From the NCBI GenBank assembly GCA_963664815.2, contig CAXXHB010000003.1, positions 2,624,001-2,688,000 of the forward strand: a stretch of 64,000 nt of DNA, written 5' to 3'. Position numbers and translations under genes: made by a program. Positions 20,447-30,766 of this stretch are shown here, one piece after another. The notes under the pieces were generated by a model. It had not been told where the DNA came from, made no database searches, and was given only the letters and a program-made list of their open reading frames with translations. The number at the start of each line of letters is the position of its first letter. The stretch's first letter is position 1. Source of the DNA: Spirochaetota bacterium. Lineage in GTDB: Bacteria > Spirochaetota > UBA4802 > UBA5550.

Positions 20447-21076
20447 GTGGAGGCACAGTTGGATCAGTTTTTGTATACATCCCTGGACTGTACACTTGCA
20501 CTTATTGCACTTATTAATCCTATCAGTAAAATTTTTCTTATTACAACTTTAAAAGAAAACACTGATGAAGCCGGACTTAAGCATATCATTATCAGATCAT
20601 CAATCATTGCACTATTGATTCTTCTTATTTTTACCTTTATCGGAAGTTTCCTTTTAACCAGATTTTTCCACATACAGATATACTCTTTTAAAATTGCCGG
20701 AGGAATTGTATTGGTATTCAGAGGTTTTGAAGCGCTTAACAAAGGACTTTTTTTTGAATTAAACCACAAGCAGAAACTGGAAGATCTCTCTATTGTACCC
20801 CTGGCTTCACCGATGATTGCAGGCCCAGCTACCATAACTGCCGCTGTATCTTTCCCTGCAAAGTACGGGCTTTTTATTACAGCACTTTCAATAACTGCTG
20901 CAGTTACGGTTAATCTTCTGATAATGATAGTATCTCCGAGAATAACCGGTTTATTGACAAAGCATAACATACTTGGAGCCCTTATCCGTATAACGGGACT
21001 CATTGTTGCAACAATTGGAGTACAGATGATTCTTGACGGTTTTGGAGAATATCTTCAACTGGTTTTTAAATTCTGA
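20447..21076 (+). CDS. MarC family membrane protein
   Basis: INPIS, FKIAGGIVL, VPLASPMIAGPATI, RITGLIVATIGVQMILDG. Confidence 0.93.
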   Translation: MEAQLDQFLYTSLDCTLALIALINPISKIFLITTLKENTDEAGLKHIIIRSSIIALLILLIFTFIGSFLLTRFFHIQIYSFKIAGGIVLVFRGFEALNKGLFFELNHKQKLEDLSIVPLASPMIAGPATITAAVSFPAKYGLFITALSITAAVTVNLLIMIVSPRITGLLTKHNILGALIRITGLIVATIGVQMILDGFGEYLQLVFKF

Positions 21077-21777
21077 TGATACCATGTGCAATAATCGATC
21101 CGAGGATTCCGGAAGAGTGCATCAAAAATCTTAAAAACTCCGGTTTTCTTACAATTACAGTTCCATTAACTGAACTTGTCGATACTCCTCTCTCCGGCCA
21201 TCCTGATATTCAGATGTTCATTCATGATAGAAATATTTTTGTACACCCCGACATAGATATTTCATTTCTGAAAAAAATTGAAGGTTACGTCAACATAATC
21301 GTTTGTTCAAAAAAATTAAAGAAAACATACCCGGAAGATGTCAGCTACAATATTGTATGTACCGGAAATACTGCATTTCACAGAAAAAAATCAACCGCCC
21401 CTGAAATTCTAGACTATCTTCACCGGAACAAAATTGATATTATCAATACAAACCAGGGTTACAGTAAATGCTCAACACTTATAATTGATGAAAACAGTAT
21501 CATAACTGCAGATAAATCAATTCATTCATCTGCGATAAACAACAGTTTGAATTCATTACTGATTGGAGAAGGATATATTGAACTCCCAGGTTATAAATAC
21601 GGATTTATAGGGGGCGCTTCAGGAAAGTTCAATGATACGATTTATCTTACGGGTACAATTAAGCATCACCCTTATGAGAATAAAATTGAGCAGTTGATCA
21701 GATCAAAAGGGATGAACTTAAAATTTCTTTCCAGCCGGAGACTCTTCGACTCAGGATCAATACTTTTTATCAATTGA
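21076..21777 (+). CDS. DUF6873-like GME-fold (amidinotransferase-like) protein
   Basis: GHPDIQ, YPEDVSYN, QGYSKCS, IITAD, GYKYGFIGGASG, DSGS motifs. Confidence 0.75.
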   Translation: MIPCAIIDPRIPEECIKNLKNSGFLTITVPLTELVDTPLSGHPDIQMFIHDRNIFVHPDIDISFLKKIEGYVNIIVCSKKLKKTYPEDVSYNIVCTGNTAFHRKKSTAPEILDYLHRNKIDIINTNQGYSKCSTLIIDENSIITADKSIHSSAINNSLNSLLIGEGYIELPGYKYGFIGGASGKFNDTIYLTGTIKHHPYENKIEQLIRSKGMNLKFLSSRRLFDSGSILFIN

Positions 21778-22425
21778 ACAGTTATCTTCAAAGACTTTAG
21801 CGTTTTTCATCTCTTCAGCTATATTCCGGTTTTTACATCCGAAACTTTCAATTGATAAAAGTCCAAGTCCGTATTCTATCCCACGACCTATCCCGTAATT
21901 AAGTGCTTTCCTGAACTTCATTTCATCAGTAATTTTTAATGATCCTTCAAATAAAACTGAAAGAAACTTTTTCTTTTTTTCAGCACATGTAATATATCCG
22001 TCACCGTTAACCTTAATATCAATTACCTCAAATCCATTCAGTTTTCCTTCAATTTCAAACCATTTTATCCAGCTCTCACTTGTTTCGAGATCAGAGTATA
22101 TAAAAAACAGTTTCACAGATGGATTTGCCTTAATATAATATTTATAAATCATCCCGTTTCTGATTGGTATATCATATTTAAAACTTTCAATTTTTGCTAT
22201 GTAACCAACTGGAATATTATTACTCGATAATTCAGGTTTTTTTTCAGAAACGAGTACAACAGGTTGAATATATTCTGTCTGATCTAAAGGTATATTGTCT
22301 ATACGGAAAACAAGTGCTCCTTCACCAGAAATTTTTCTTAATGTTTTATAAAAATAATTCAGACTGCTTAAATCATGAATCACTGCGGGGATTTTTACAT
22401 CAATATAAACCTTGGATATATACAT
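21757..22425 (-). CDS. cas6e: Stand-alone Cas6e (Cse3/CasE)-like RAMP protein, degenerate active site
   Basis: Start MYISKV (GAGG RBS, ATG 22425); LVFRID, VLVS..KP, G..YKY..KANP, W..W.....GF, VLFEG.LKITD...F..AL..GIGRGIEYGLGLLSI G-loop. Confidence 0.85.
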   Translation of the reverse strand: MYISKVYIDVKIPAVIHDLSSLNYFYKTLRKISGEGALVFRIDNIPLDQTEYIQPVVLVSEKKPELSSNNIPVGYIAKIESFKYDIPIRNGMIYKYYIKANPSVKLFFIYSDLETSESWIKWFEIEGKLNGFEVIDIKVNGDGYITCAEKKKKFLSVLFEGSLKITDEMKFRKALNYGIGRGIEYGLGLLSIESFGCKNRNIAEEMKNAKVFEDNCSIDKKY

Positions 22426-22655
22426 GACTCTTACCTCTTTTAACATTTTAAACAGCATCCATAATTTAAAAAATTTATTAAAATTCAATCAGGAAAGCTT
22501 TATTATATATCAATAAGATGCAATTAAAATTCTTTTTTCTTTTTTTAATATAGTTAAAAAAATTAATCAGATAAATTTAAACTAAATTTTCAGCTTGATT
22601 TTATTTTATACAGTTTAAATTTATCTGCAAAACAGAAATAAAACCGGGATGCAAC

Positions 22656-22901
22656 ATGAATTGCAAACAGTGCGGGGCCTGCTGCATTGCTCCATCGATT
22701 TCATCAATAATACCTGGCACGGGGAAAAATAAACCTGCAGGGACAAGGTGTATCCATCTGTCAGAAGAGATGAAATGCTCAATTTACGATGAAAGACCTG
22801 CTGTATGCAGTAATTTTACACCGACTGAGGAATTCTGCGGTAATAATTATTCTGAAGCATTTACCAATCTAGAACTACTAGAATTTCTCACTTCCAATTA
22901 A
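22656..22901 (+). CDS. YkgJ-family CxxCxxCC cysteine-cluster protein
   Basis: CKQCGACC, KPAGTRCIHL, CSIYDERPAVC. Confidence 0.9.
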   Translation: MNCKQCGACCIAPSISSIIPGTGKNKPAGTRCIHLSEEMKCSIYDERPAVCSNFTPTEEFCGNNYSEAFTNLELLEFLTSN

Positions 22902-23125
22902 CTAATGAAATTAATTTCATAAAAATTTCTTGATTTAATAAGCATATCTGACGTTTTAATTCTTCATTACATTCTGCATGATTTAAATGTCTGTAAGTGT
23001 AACAATTCCTGAATAAATTATGCTTTGCATTTAAACATATATTGCAGTAAATTTGTTTCCGATCAGCTTTAACGGACTTTATATTGAATTATTGTTACCA
23101 TCAAAAAAACAAAAAGGATACAAAC

Positions 23126-24421
23126 ATGATTGATAGATATTCAAGAAAAGAAATGTCAGATATATGGGAACTTCAGAATAAATTCAGAATATGGCTTGAT
23201 ATAGAGATTGCAGTGTGTGAGGTTTATGCTGAAAGGGGAATGATCCCGTATGAAGATCTTGCGGTAATAAAAGAAAAGGCCTCTTTCACTGTGGAACGTA
23301 TTCTTGAGATTGAGAATGAAGTTCATCATGATGTCATCGCATTTCTTACTGCAGTTGCGGAAAATGTAGGCCCGGAAAGCCGTCATATACATTTCGGACT
23401 GACATCAAGTGATGTAGTAGATACTGCCCTTTCTATGCAGATGATGCAGGCCGGGAAAGTTCTCCTGTCAGGACTTGACATTTTAATTGATATATTACGT
23501 GAAAATTCTCTTAGATATAAAGATACCCGCTGCATAGGCCGATCTCACGGAGTACATGCAGAACCTACCACTTTCGGCGTAAAGATGGCTCTTTACTACG
23601 AATCATTTAAAAGAAGCAGGGAAAGAATAAAACGCGCGATAGAGAACATTTCTTTCGGGAAACTCTCAGGTGCTGTAGGAACTTTCAGTAATGTATCTCC
23701 GGAGATTGAAGCTGAAGTATGCGGCAGGCTTGGCCTTAGTCCTGATCCGGTTTCAACACAGGTAATACAGCGAGACCGGCATGCAGAGTATATGGCATCT
23801 CTTGCTATCATGGCAGGCACAATGGATCAGCTTTCAACAGAGATTCGGCATCTTCAGAGAACGGAAGTCCGTGAAATAGAGGAACCATTCCAGAAGGGAC
23901 AGAAAGGCTCCTCTGCAATGCCGCATAAAAGAAATCCGATACTTTCAGAGCGGGTAACCGGGCTTTCACGTGTTATTAAATCAAATATAAATGTGGCGCT
24001 TGAAAATATTACTTTATGGCACGAGAGAGATATTTCACATTCTTCTGCGGAGAGAGTTATATTCCCTGATTCTACAATAGCGCTTGATTACCTTGTTCAC
24101 CGTATGATCTTCATACTAAAGAATCTCCATGTATATCCTGAAAACATGCTAGAAAACATAGATAAAACCGGCGGCTTATTCTATTCACAATCTCTCCTTC
24201 TCCTTCTCATAGAAAAAGGTTTTACCAGGGAGGAAGCTTATAAAATCGTCCAGGACATGACAATGAGAGTCTGGAAGAGAGAAGGAACTCTTAAAGAGCT
24301 GACATTAAAATCACCGGATTTAAGGGATAAAGTAAATAATGATGAAATCGATAAGCTCTTTGATATAAACCGCTATTACAAAAATATTGACGCTATTTAC
24401 AAAAAGGCCGGCATTTTGTAA
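23126..24421 (+). CDS. purB: Adenylosuccinate lyase
   Basis: MIDRYS start, HFGLTSSD, GRSHGVHAEPTTFG, GSSAMPHKRNP. Confidence 0.97.
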   Translation: MIDRYSRKEMSDIWELQNKFRIWLDIEIAVCEVYAERGMIPYEDLAVIKEKASFTVERILEIENEVHHDVIAFLTAVAENVGPESRHIHFGLTSSDVVDTALSMQMMQAGKVLLSGLDILIDILRENSLRYKDTRCIGRSHGVHAEPTTFGVKMALYYESFKRSRERIKRAIENISFGKLSGAVGTFSNVSPEIEAEVCGRLGLSPDPVSTQVIQRDRHAEYMASLAIMAGTMDQLSTEIRHLQRTEVREIEEPFQKGQKGSSAMPHKRNPILSERVTGLSRVIKSNINVALENITLWHERDISHSSAERVIFPDSTIALDYLVHRMIFILKNLHVYPENMLENIDKTGGLFYSQSLLLLLIEKGFTREEAYKIVQDMTMRVWKREGTLKELTLKSPDLRDKVNNDEIDKLFDINRYYKNIDAIYKKAGIL

Positions 24422-25744
24422 ATGAAAAAAACATTTCGCATAGAAACATTCGGATGCCAGATGAACATTGGTGACTCTGAATTAATCCGTCTTTCTATGA
24501 AAAATAAAGGATTTTTAGAAGCTGATAATCCAAACGATGCAGACATCTATATATACAATACATGTTCAGTGAGAGATAATGCCGAAAAACGCGCTCTGGC
24601 AAGATTATCCACGGCAAAAGGAATAGGCACACAAAAAAAAAGAATTATCGTAGTTGCCGGCTGCATGGCTCAGCGACTTGGTGATGAGCTTATAAAAAAA
24701 AAGATAGCTAATATAGTAATCGGACCATACCAATCTCCCAGATTAGGTGAGATACTCGTCGAATTTCTGCACAATAAAAAAAACGGCCTCTTTATCTCTC
24801 AGGATGTCATAAACTTTTCCGGACGACTTATTCCCGAACTCGTTGAGAACAGGGAAATCGAACCATGGCATAAATGGATAACCATTACTCATGGTTGTGA
24901 AAACTATTGTTCTTATTGCATTGTGCCTTATGTAAGGGGTAAACTCATATCATTCCCATCTGAAAGAATTATACGATTTGTTGAAGAACTGGCCGAGTCC
25001 GGTGTAATAGAAATCACTCTTCTTGGACAGAATGTCAACCAATACGGGCACGACTCAGGAGACATTTCCTTTTATAAACTCCTTGAAAAGGTATCGTTAA
25101 TAAAAGGATTAGAAAAAATAAATTTTATGACATCTCATCCGATGGACTTTAATGAGAATATAGTAAATGTAATAAGCAACAGTTCAAATATTTCACGAGG
25201 CATTCACCTCCCGCTCCAGAGTGGTTCGGATCGGATACTGCAAGCAATGAACAGGAAGTACAGCAAAGCTCACTACTATTCGATAATAGAAAAGATTGAT
25301 AAAATTATTCCTGATTATGCCATATCCACAGATCTTATAACTGGGTTTCCCGGAGAAACAGAAGAAGAGTTTAATGAAACTTTATCAGCAGTAAAAGATA
25401 TTAAATTTGATGAGGCATTCATGTTCTCTTACTCCCCAAGAATGGATACCCCCTCATATTTCTTAAAAGAAACAATAACTGAAGAGGTAAAAGCATCAAG
25501 GCTGCATGAATTAATTTCTATTCAAAGAGAAATTTCTCTTGAAAAACTGAAAAAGAGGATAAAAAATAGAGAAAGAGTTATTGCCGATAAGGTAAGTAAA
25601 AAATCCGGATCTGAAGTTGCAGGTAAAACTTTTTTAAATCATCCCGTTGTCTTCAACGGAAATATTAACGATATCGGCAGGGAATTGTTTGTTGAAATCA
25701 TTGAAATCAGAGGATCGACTCTCTTTGGCAGAAAAATTAATTAA
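24422..25744 (+). CDS. miaB: tRNA methylthiotransferase MiaB
   Basis: TFGCQMN, NTCSVR, GCMAQ, GCENYCSYCIVPYVRG radical-SAM motif, TRAM domain. Confidence 0.95.
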   Translation: MKKTFRIETFGCQMNIGDSELIRLSMKNKGFLEADNPNDADIYIYNTCSVRDNAEKRALARLSTAKGIGTQKKRIIVVAGCMAQRLGDELIKKKIANIVIGPYQSPRLGEILVEFLHNKKNGLFISQDVINFSGRLIPELVENREIEPWHKWITITHGCENYCSYCIVPYVRGKLISFPSERIIRFVEELAESGVIEITLLGQNVNQYGHDSGDISFYKLLEKVSLIKGLEKINFMTSHPMDFNENIVNVISNSSNISRGIHLPLQSGSDRILQAMNRKYSKAHYYSIIEKIDKIIPDYAISTDLITGFPGETEEEFNETLSAVKDIKFDEAFMFSYSPRMDTPSYFLKETITEEVKASRLHELISIQREISLEKLKKRIKNRERVIADKVSKKSGSEVAGKTFLNHPVVFNGNINDIGRELFVEIIEIRGSTLFGRKIN

Positions 25745-26861
25745 ATTTTCGGGTCTTATCTTTTTCATTTTACTGCTATCCGCACCTCTGTATCCGGATA
25801 CAAATCCGGCAGAAATTTCATTCAAGGCCCTGAAGAAGTCATTCTCCATCAAAGATAAAAACGATTTCGAAAAAGAAGGTTTACAATTCATTAAAAAATA
25901 TCCCGACAGCAACCGTGTATCGGAAGTTAAACTTCTTCTTGCTGATAAAGAAACAGATACCGATCTTGCCATTGAAAAGTACAGGTTTATTTTTAAAAAT
26001 TACAGAAATTTCCCGGGAAAAGAATACGCTCTCTACAAAATATGTCAGATACTCGATTTAAAATCAAAATGGAAAGAGCTTCGAAAGGAATCTGAAAATG
26101 GATTAATACTTTTCCCGGCTGGAAATTATTTCGATGATTTCCATTTTATGCATATAACATCATGTATAATGCTTGAAGATTACGATACAGCAAGAAATGA
26201 GTGTATTGACATAACCGAGCATACGCATGATTTTGAGACTCTCTCAAATGCGATTTTTCTGCTTGCCGAGACAGAAAGAAAAAGAAGCGGCAATTCAAAA
26301 CCCTATATATTCAATCTCAAAGAACTCTCCGAAGGATTCGAAAAATCAGAACTCTATCCTTCTGTCATATTTCGTCTCGCTGTTTTTTATGAAGAAAAAA
26401 AAGATTTCAACCGGGCATTCTCTGCTTATAGTGATATAATAAAAAACTTTCCTGACTCTCCAGAATCCTCAATGTCAGAAGAAAAAATAAACATGCTTAA
26501 AAAAATGAATCCCCAAAAAATAAGCTACATACCGGATAACATTACAGTTAAAGACACTGACGATCTTGACCTGTCACCTGAACATGAGATAAAAGAAACT
26601 ACAAATGAAAATTATTATTCAGTATCAATTGGACCTTTTTCAAAGCTAAAAGATACAGCAGGTATTATAAAATATCTTAAAAATTATAACATACGGAAAG
26701 TCAAAACAGCATACGGATATATTATCTACATCGGCAGATACAATGACAGCGATACAGCTCTTGAAACCAGGATCAGGCTTGCTGAAGAATACGGCATAAA
26801 CGGTAATATTGTCCGATTTTCCGTGCATGAAAAAAAAAGCTATATTTACGAGGATAGATAA
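25725..26861 (+). CDS. Exported TPR protein with C-terminal SPOR-like domain
   Basis: TTG start after AGAGGA; signal peptide; BamD/CpoB-like TPRs (KKYPDS, KNFPDS); YSVSIGPF...IYIGRY. Confidence 0.75.
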   Translation: MAEKLIKFSGLIFFILLLSAPLYPDTNPAEISFKALKKSFSIKDKNDFEKEGLQFIKKYPDSNRVSEVKLLLADKETDTDLAIEKYRFIFKNYRNFPGKEYALYKICQILDLKSKWKELRKESENGLILFPAGNYFDDFHFMHITSCIMLEDYDTARNECIDITEHTHDFETLSNAIFLLAETERKRSGNSKPYIFNLKELSEGFEKSELYPSVIFRLAVFYEEKKDFNRAFSAYSDIIKNFPDSPESSMSEEKINMLKKMNPQKISYIPDNITVKDTDDLDLSPEHEIKETTNENYYSVSIGPFSKLKDTAGIIKYLKNYNIRKVKTAYGYIIYIGRYNDSDTALETRIRLAEEYGINGNIVRFSVHEKKSYIYEDR

Positions 26862-29441
26862 ATGGACGAAAAGCTGACTCCTATGATGAAGCAGTACAGC
26901 GACATAAAAAGAAAATACCATGAAGAGATTCTCTTTTTCCGCATGGGTGATTTTTACGAAATGTTTTTCGATGATGCCAAAATCGCTTCCCGAATACTTG
27001 ATATTGCCCTCACTTCACGGCAAAACGATGTACCAATGTGCGGCATCCCATATCATGCTGCGGAAAGTTACATAGCCCGTCTTATTAAAGCCGGAAAACG
27101 GGTTGCAGTTTGTGAACAGCTTGAAGCTGTCCCATCTTCAGGTACCATAGTAAAGCGCGATGTTGTCAGAATTATCACTCCCGGTACAGTAATAGAAGCC
27201 AACCTGCTTGGAAGCGATGACAACAATTTTCTGTGTTCAATATATATTACAAAAAAAGAGATGGGAATGTCATTTATTGATGTCTCAACAGGCGATTTCT
27301 ATTATCTGACCTCTGATAAAAATATTGAGCTGTTCCGCGGAGAATTTGCAAAATTCAGTCCCCGTGAGGTAATAATATATGCGCAGTCTTATGAAACGGA
27401 TAGTATCTTTACTGAATTTATAAAAAGCAGAAATATTCCGGTGCATACCCTTAATGAGTGGAATTACGAAAAAGAGTTCATGTGCGATATTATTTGCCAG
27501 ACTCTTCAGACTCATAACCTGAATGGATTGGGTATTGAATCCGACATCGAAATAATCACCACGGGCTCCATTCTTCAATATCTCCGTGACACTCATAAAA
27601 CTGTTTTTGGTCATCTTAAGAATCCGATGAAGCTGGCATCGAGAGATACCATGATGCTTGATGAAGCGACAATATCCAATCTTGAAATAGTTGAAAATCA
27701 GCAGGACGGTTCAAGAAACAGAACTCTTTTCGCTGTCCTTAACAATACAAAAACCCCCATGGGAAGAAGAACTCTGGAAAGAAATCTTCTTCAACCCCTT
27801 GTAGAAAAGAACAAAATTGATGATCGGCTTGAACTTGTAGATTTTTTTTACCAGAGAGCCGACCTGATTGGTGATATTACTGCTTTGCTTAAAGAAATTC
27901 TCGACATGGAGCGTATCCTTTCAAGATTTACAATTGGGAAAATTCAACCAAGAAATTTTATTGCAATGAAACAATCCGTTATTGCCGCCATGGATATTAA
28001 AAAAATAATACATGAATGCACTATAGACAATCCCATGCTCACTCAATTGTATGATGGTTTCTCCGATATAATAGAACTTGCTAAAACTATAGAAACAATT
28101 ATTGATAATGACCCAGCTCTTTCACCCGAACATGGTCGTGTTATAAAACAGGGTTACCTGCCTGAACTTGATAGTCTCTATGAACTTAAATCTGATGCAA
28201 AAACCTGGATACTTAAATTCCAGGAGGATGAAAAAACAAGACTTGGAATCAATACGCTAAGAGTGAAATATAACAAAATTCTCGGATACTATATCGAAAT
28301 CAGTAAAGGTCAGGCGGATAAAGCTCCGAAAGAATATTTCAGGAAACAGACACTTGTCGGAGCAGAAAGATATACTACCGAAGAACTCCAGAAGTTCGAG
28401 TCTGATATTCTCGGTGCCGCAGATAAAATCATAGACATTGAAAAACGTGAAATCGAAAATCTCCGTATTAAAATAATTGAAAAAAGCCGCGAGATACAGG
28501 AAACTGCATCCTCTGTTGGATATCTTGACTTTATCTGCTCTTTATCAACTGCTGCAATACTTAACAGATTCGTAAAACCTTCAATAAACACGAATAACTA
28601 TATTTCCATAAAAAACGGAAGACACCCTGTAGTTGAGAAATACTATACCAAGGAAGTATTCATACCAAATGATATATTACTTGATCAAGACAAAAATATA
28701 ATTAATATTATAACCGGACCAAACATGTCCGGAAAATCAACATACATAAGAATGTGCGCGATCTTACAGCTCATGACACAGGCTGGTTCTTTCCTCCCTG
28801 TTGAGAGTGCCGATCTTTCAATCGCTGACAGAATTTTCACCAGGATAGGTGCATCTGATAACATTTCCAGAGGTGAGTCTACATTTCTTGTTGAAATGAA
28901 CGAAACAGCTAACATCCTTAATAATGCCACAGAAAAAAGTCTTATAATTATGGATGAAGTCGGCAGAGGTACCAGCACATATGATGGTCTTTCTATCGCA
29001 TGGGGAGTTGTTGAATATATTCTCCGCTATATAAAAGCAAAGACCCTCTTCGCAACACACTACCATGAACTAACACAGCTTGGGAATAAAGATGGGATCG
29101 AAAATTACAATGTACTTGTAAAAGAAACCATGAACAGCGTTGAATTCCTCCACAAAGTTGTATCCGGAAGCGCGGATAAATCATATGGAATTCATGTTGC
29201 AAAACTCGCCGGTTTACCAAAAAATATTATTTCCCGTGCCACTAAAATACTTGAAAAACTTGAAAGTAAAGGTATTGATAAGATCAGGTTATCGGCCGAT
29301 GAATTCTCTTCTGATCAACTTGAGATTTTCAACGCATCTAATCACATTATTGTACAGACTCTGGAGAAGATAGATATTGATAATATTACACCGGTTGAAG
29401 CAATCAATGAGCTTCATAAATTAAAAAAATTGATAGACTGA
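26862..29441 (+). CDS. mutS: DNA mismatch repair protein MutS
   Basis: TPMMKQY, FFRMGDFYEMF, TGPNMSGKS, DEVGRGTST, SYGIHVA. Confidence 0.98.
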   Translation: MDEKLTPMMKQYSDIKRKYHEEILFFRMGDFYEMFFDDAKIASRILDIALTSRQNDVPMCGIPYHAAESYIARLIKAGKRVAVCEQLEAVPSSGTIVKRDVVRIITPGTVIEANLLGSDDNNFLCSIYITKKEMGMSFIDVSTGDFYYLTSDKNIELFRGEFAKFSPREVIIYAQSYETDSIFTEFIKSRNIPVHTLNEWNYEKEFMCDIICQTLQTHNLNGLGIESDIEIITTGSILQYLRDTHKTVFGHLKNPMKLASRDTMMLDEATISNLEIVENQQDGSRNRTLFAVLNNTKTPMGRRTLERNLLQPLVEKNKIDDRLELVDFFYQRADLIGDITALLKEILDMERILSRFTIGKIQPRNFIAMKQSVIAAMDIKKIIHECTIDNPMLTQLYDGFSDIIELAKTIETIIDNDPALSPEHGRVIKQGYLPELDSLYELKSDAKTWILKFQEDEKTRLGINTLRVKYNKILGYYIEISKGQADKAPKEYFRKQTLVGAERYTTEELQKFESDILGAADKIIDIEKREIENLRIKIIEKSREIQETASSVGYLDFICSLSTAAILNRFVKPSINTNNYISIKNGRHPVVEKYYTKEVFIPNDILLDQDKNIINIITGPNMSGKSTYIRMCAILQLMTQAGSFLPVESADLSIADRIFTRIGASDNISRGESTFLVEMNETANILNNATEKSLIIMDEVGRGTSTYDGLSIAWGVVEYILRYIKAKTLFATHYHELTQLGNKDGIENYNVLVKETMNSVEFLHKVVSGSADKSYGIHVAKLAGLPKNIISRATKILEKLESKGIDKIRLSADEFSSDQLEIFNASNHIIVQTLEKIDIDNITPVEAINELHKLKKLID

Positions 29442-29545
29442 AAGGATGTAATGATTTATACTTAAACAAATTTTCATCTAAAATTATTAAAAAATATCCG
29501 AAATTAGTTAATATAAGAGTATCATTTATCCGTTAACGAGGAATA

Positions 29546-30766
29546 ATGTCAGCTACCCAGTTTAAGGTTGAAAACTACATCGCCGGCTCATTTATAATGG
29601 TGGAAGGGAAAAAGAATGAAACTAACTTCTTTATAATAAGAAGTGGTAAGGTTAAAGTTTCTAAAGAAAATCCAGTTCTTTCAGAAGAGCCATTTACCAT
29701 AATAGGTCCCGGGGATTTTTTCGGAGTTGTATCGTGTATGAGTGGTCATTCACGGCAGGAATCGGCAGTTGCACTTGAAAACACCTCCCTCATCTGTGTT
29801 GAAAAAGATATGTTTGGACTCCTTATCCAGAAAAATCCGGCAGTTGCCATGAAAATTATCCGTTTTTTCAGCCGCAAACTCAGACAATTCGATCATGCCA
29901 TAACAAGCCTCACATTGAAAACAGCAGGAGAAGAAGATCCTGAACATCTCTTCAATATAGGCGAATACTACTTAAAAAAAAGAGCTATTAATCATGCAAT
30001 TTATTCATACCAGAAATATATCCAATATTGCCCAAACGGTTCATTAAGGGATAAGTCTCTTGAGAGACTTAAGTTGCTGAAGGCTCCATTCAAAACGCCT
30101 GAAATGCCTTATACGAAAGGAATGAACAGAAAATATCCTGATAATACCATGCTCTTTTCTGAAGCTGAACCTGGAGATGAGCTTTTCATTATACAGGATG
30201 GAAAAGTAAAAATAACAAAAATCATGGAAGAGGAGATTCTCCTTGCAGTATTGAAAACCGGCGACATTTTCGGAGAGATGGCCCTTCTGGACAATAAACC
30301 GAGAAGTGCTTCAGCTATTTCATATGGAGATGTTACTGTTCTGGCTATCAATAAATCCAATTTTGAAGGTATGGTACAGGCACAGCCACAACTTGCCACA
30401 AGGCTCATACAGTTGCTCGGTGAGAGGATGTGGACTGCATACAGGCAGCTTGAAAATCTCATGATAAGAAATCCGCTCGGCAGGATATATGACACACTGC
30501 TTATACAGATTGAAAAACAAAAAATTCAAATTGAACCCAAAAAGCCTCATAGCTTCGAGTTCGGCTCAAAAGAACTTATTAATATGGTCGGACTTTCTAA
30601 CCGCGAAGGGGAGGACCTCATAGTACAGCTTCTTGAAGATAAAAACATCACTCTCACCGGCGGAAAAATATTAAGCTCCGATCTTAATGAACTGGAAAAA
30701 ACAGTAATGTTTTACAAAAAACAGACCGCTCTCGAACGACAAAGAGAAGCTAACAAGAATAAATAA
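29546..30766 (+). CDS. Tandem cNMP-binding domain protein with central TPR (Crp-like)
   Basis: GDFFGVVS...SRQESA and GDIFGEMALLDNKPRSASA; TPR-like segment between them. Confidence 0.85.
   Translation: MSATQFKVENYIAGSFIMVEGKKNETNFFIIRSGKVKVSKENPVLSEEPFTIIGPGDFFGVVSCMSGHSRQESAVALENTSLICVEKDMFGLLIQKNPAVAMKIIRFFSRKLRQFDHAITSLTLKTAGEEDPEHLFNIGEYYLKKRAINHAIYSYQKYIQYCPNGSLRDKSLERLKLLKAPFKTPEMPYTKGMNRKYPDNTMLFSEAEPGDELFIIQDGKVKITKIMEEEILLAVLKTGDIFGEMALLDNKPRSASAISYGDVTVLAINKSNFEGMVQAQPQLATRLIQLLGERMWTAYRQLENLMIRNPLGRIYDTLLIQIEKQKIQIEPKKPHSFEFGSKELINMVGLSNREGEDLIVQLLEDKNITLTGGKILSSDLNELEKTVMFYKKQTALERQREANKNK

Noticed and set aside
20464-21003. 179-aa antisense ORF over marC, and similar shadow ORFs across the window
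   Set aside because: They lie wholly opposite or within well-supported genes and show no independent coding signal.
22920-23125. Purine riboswitch in the purB leader
   Set aside because: Some AT-rich pairing is possible, but the conserved purine aptamer core (ATATGG...GTTTCTACC...CCGTAAA) is absent.
20200-23130. CRISPR array or single I-E repeat near cas6e
   Set aside because: No regularly spaced direct repeats or TCCCC...GGGGA hairpins were seen in the flanks or elsewhere in the window by eye.
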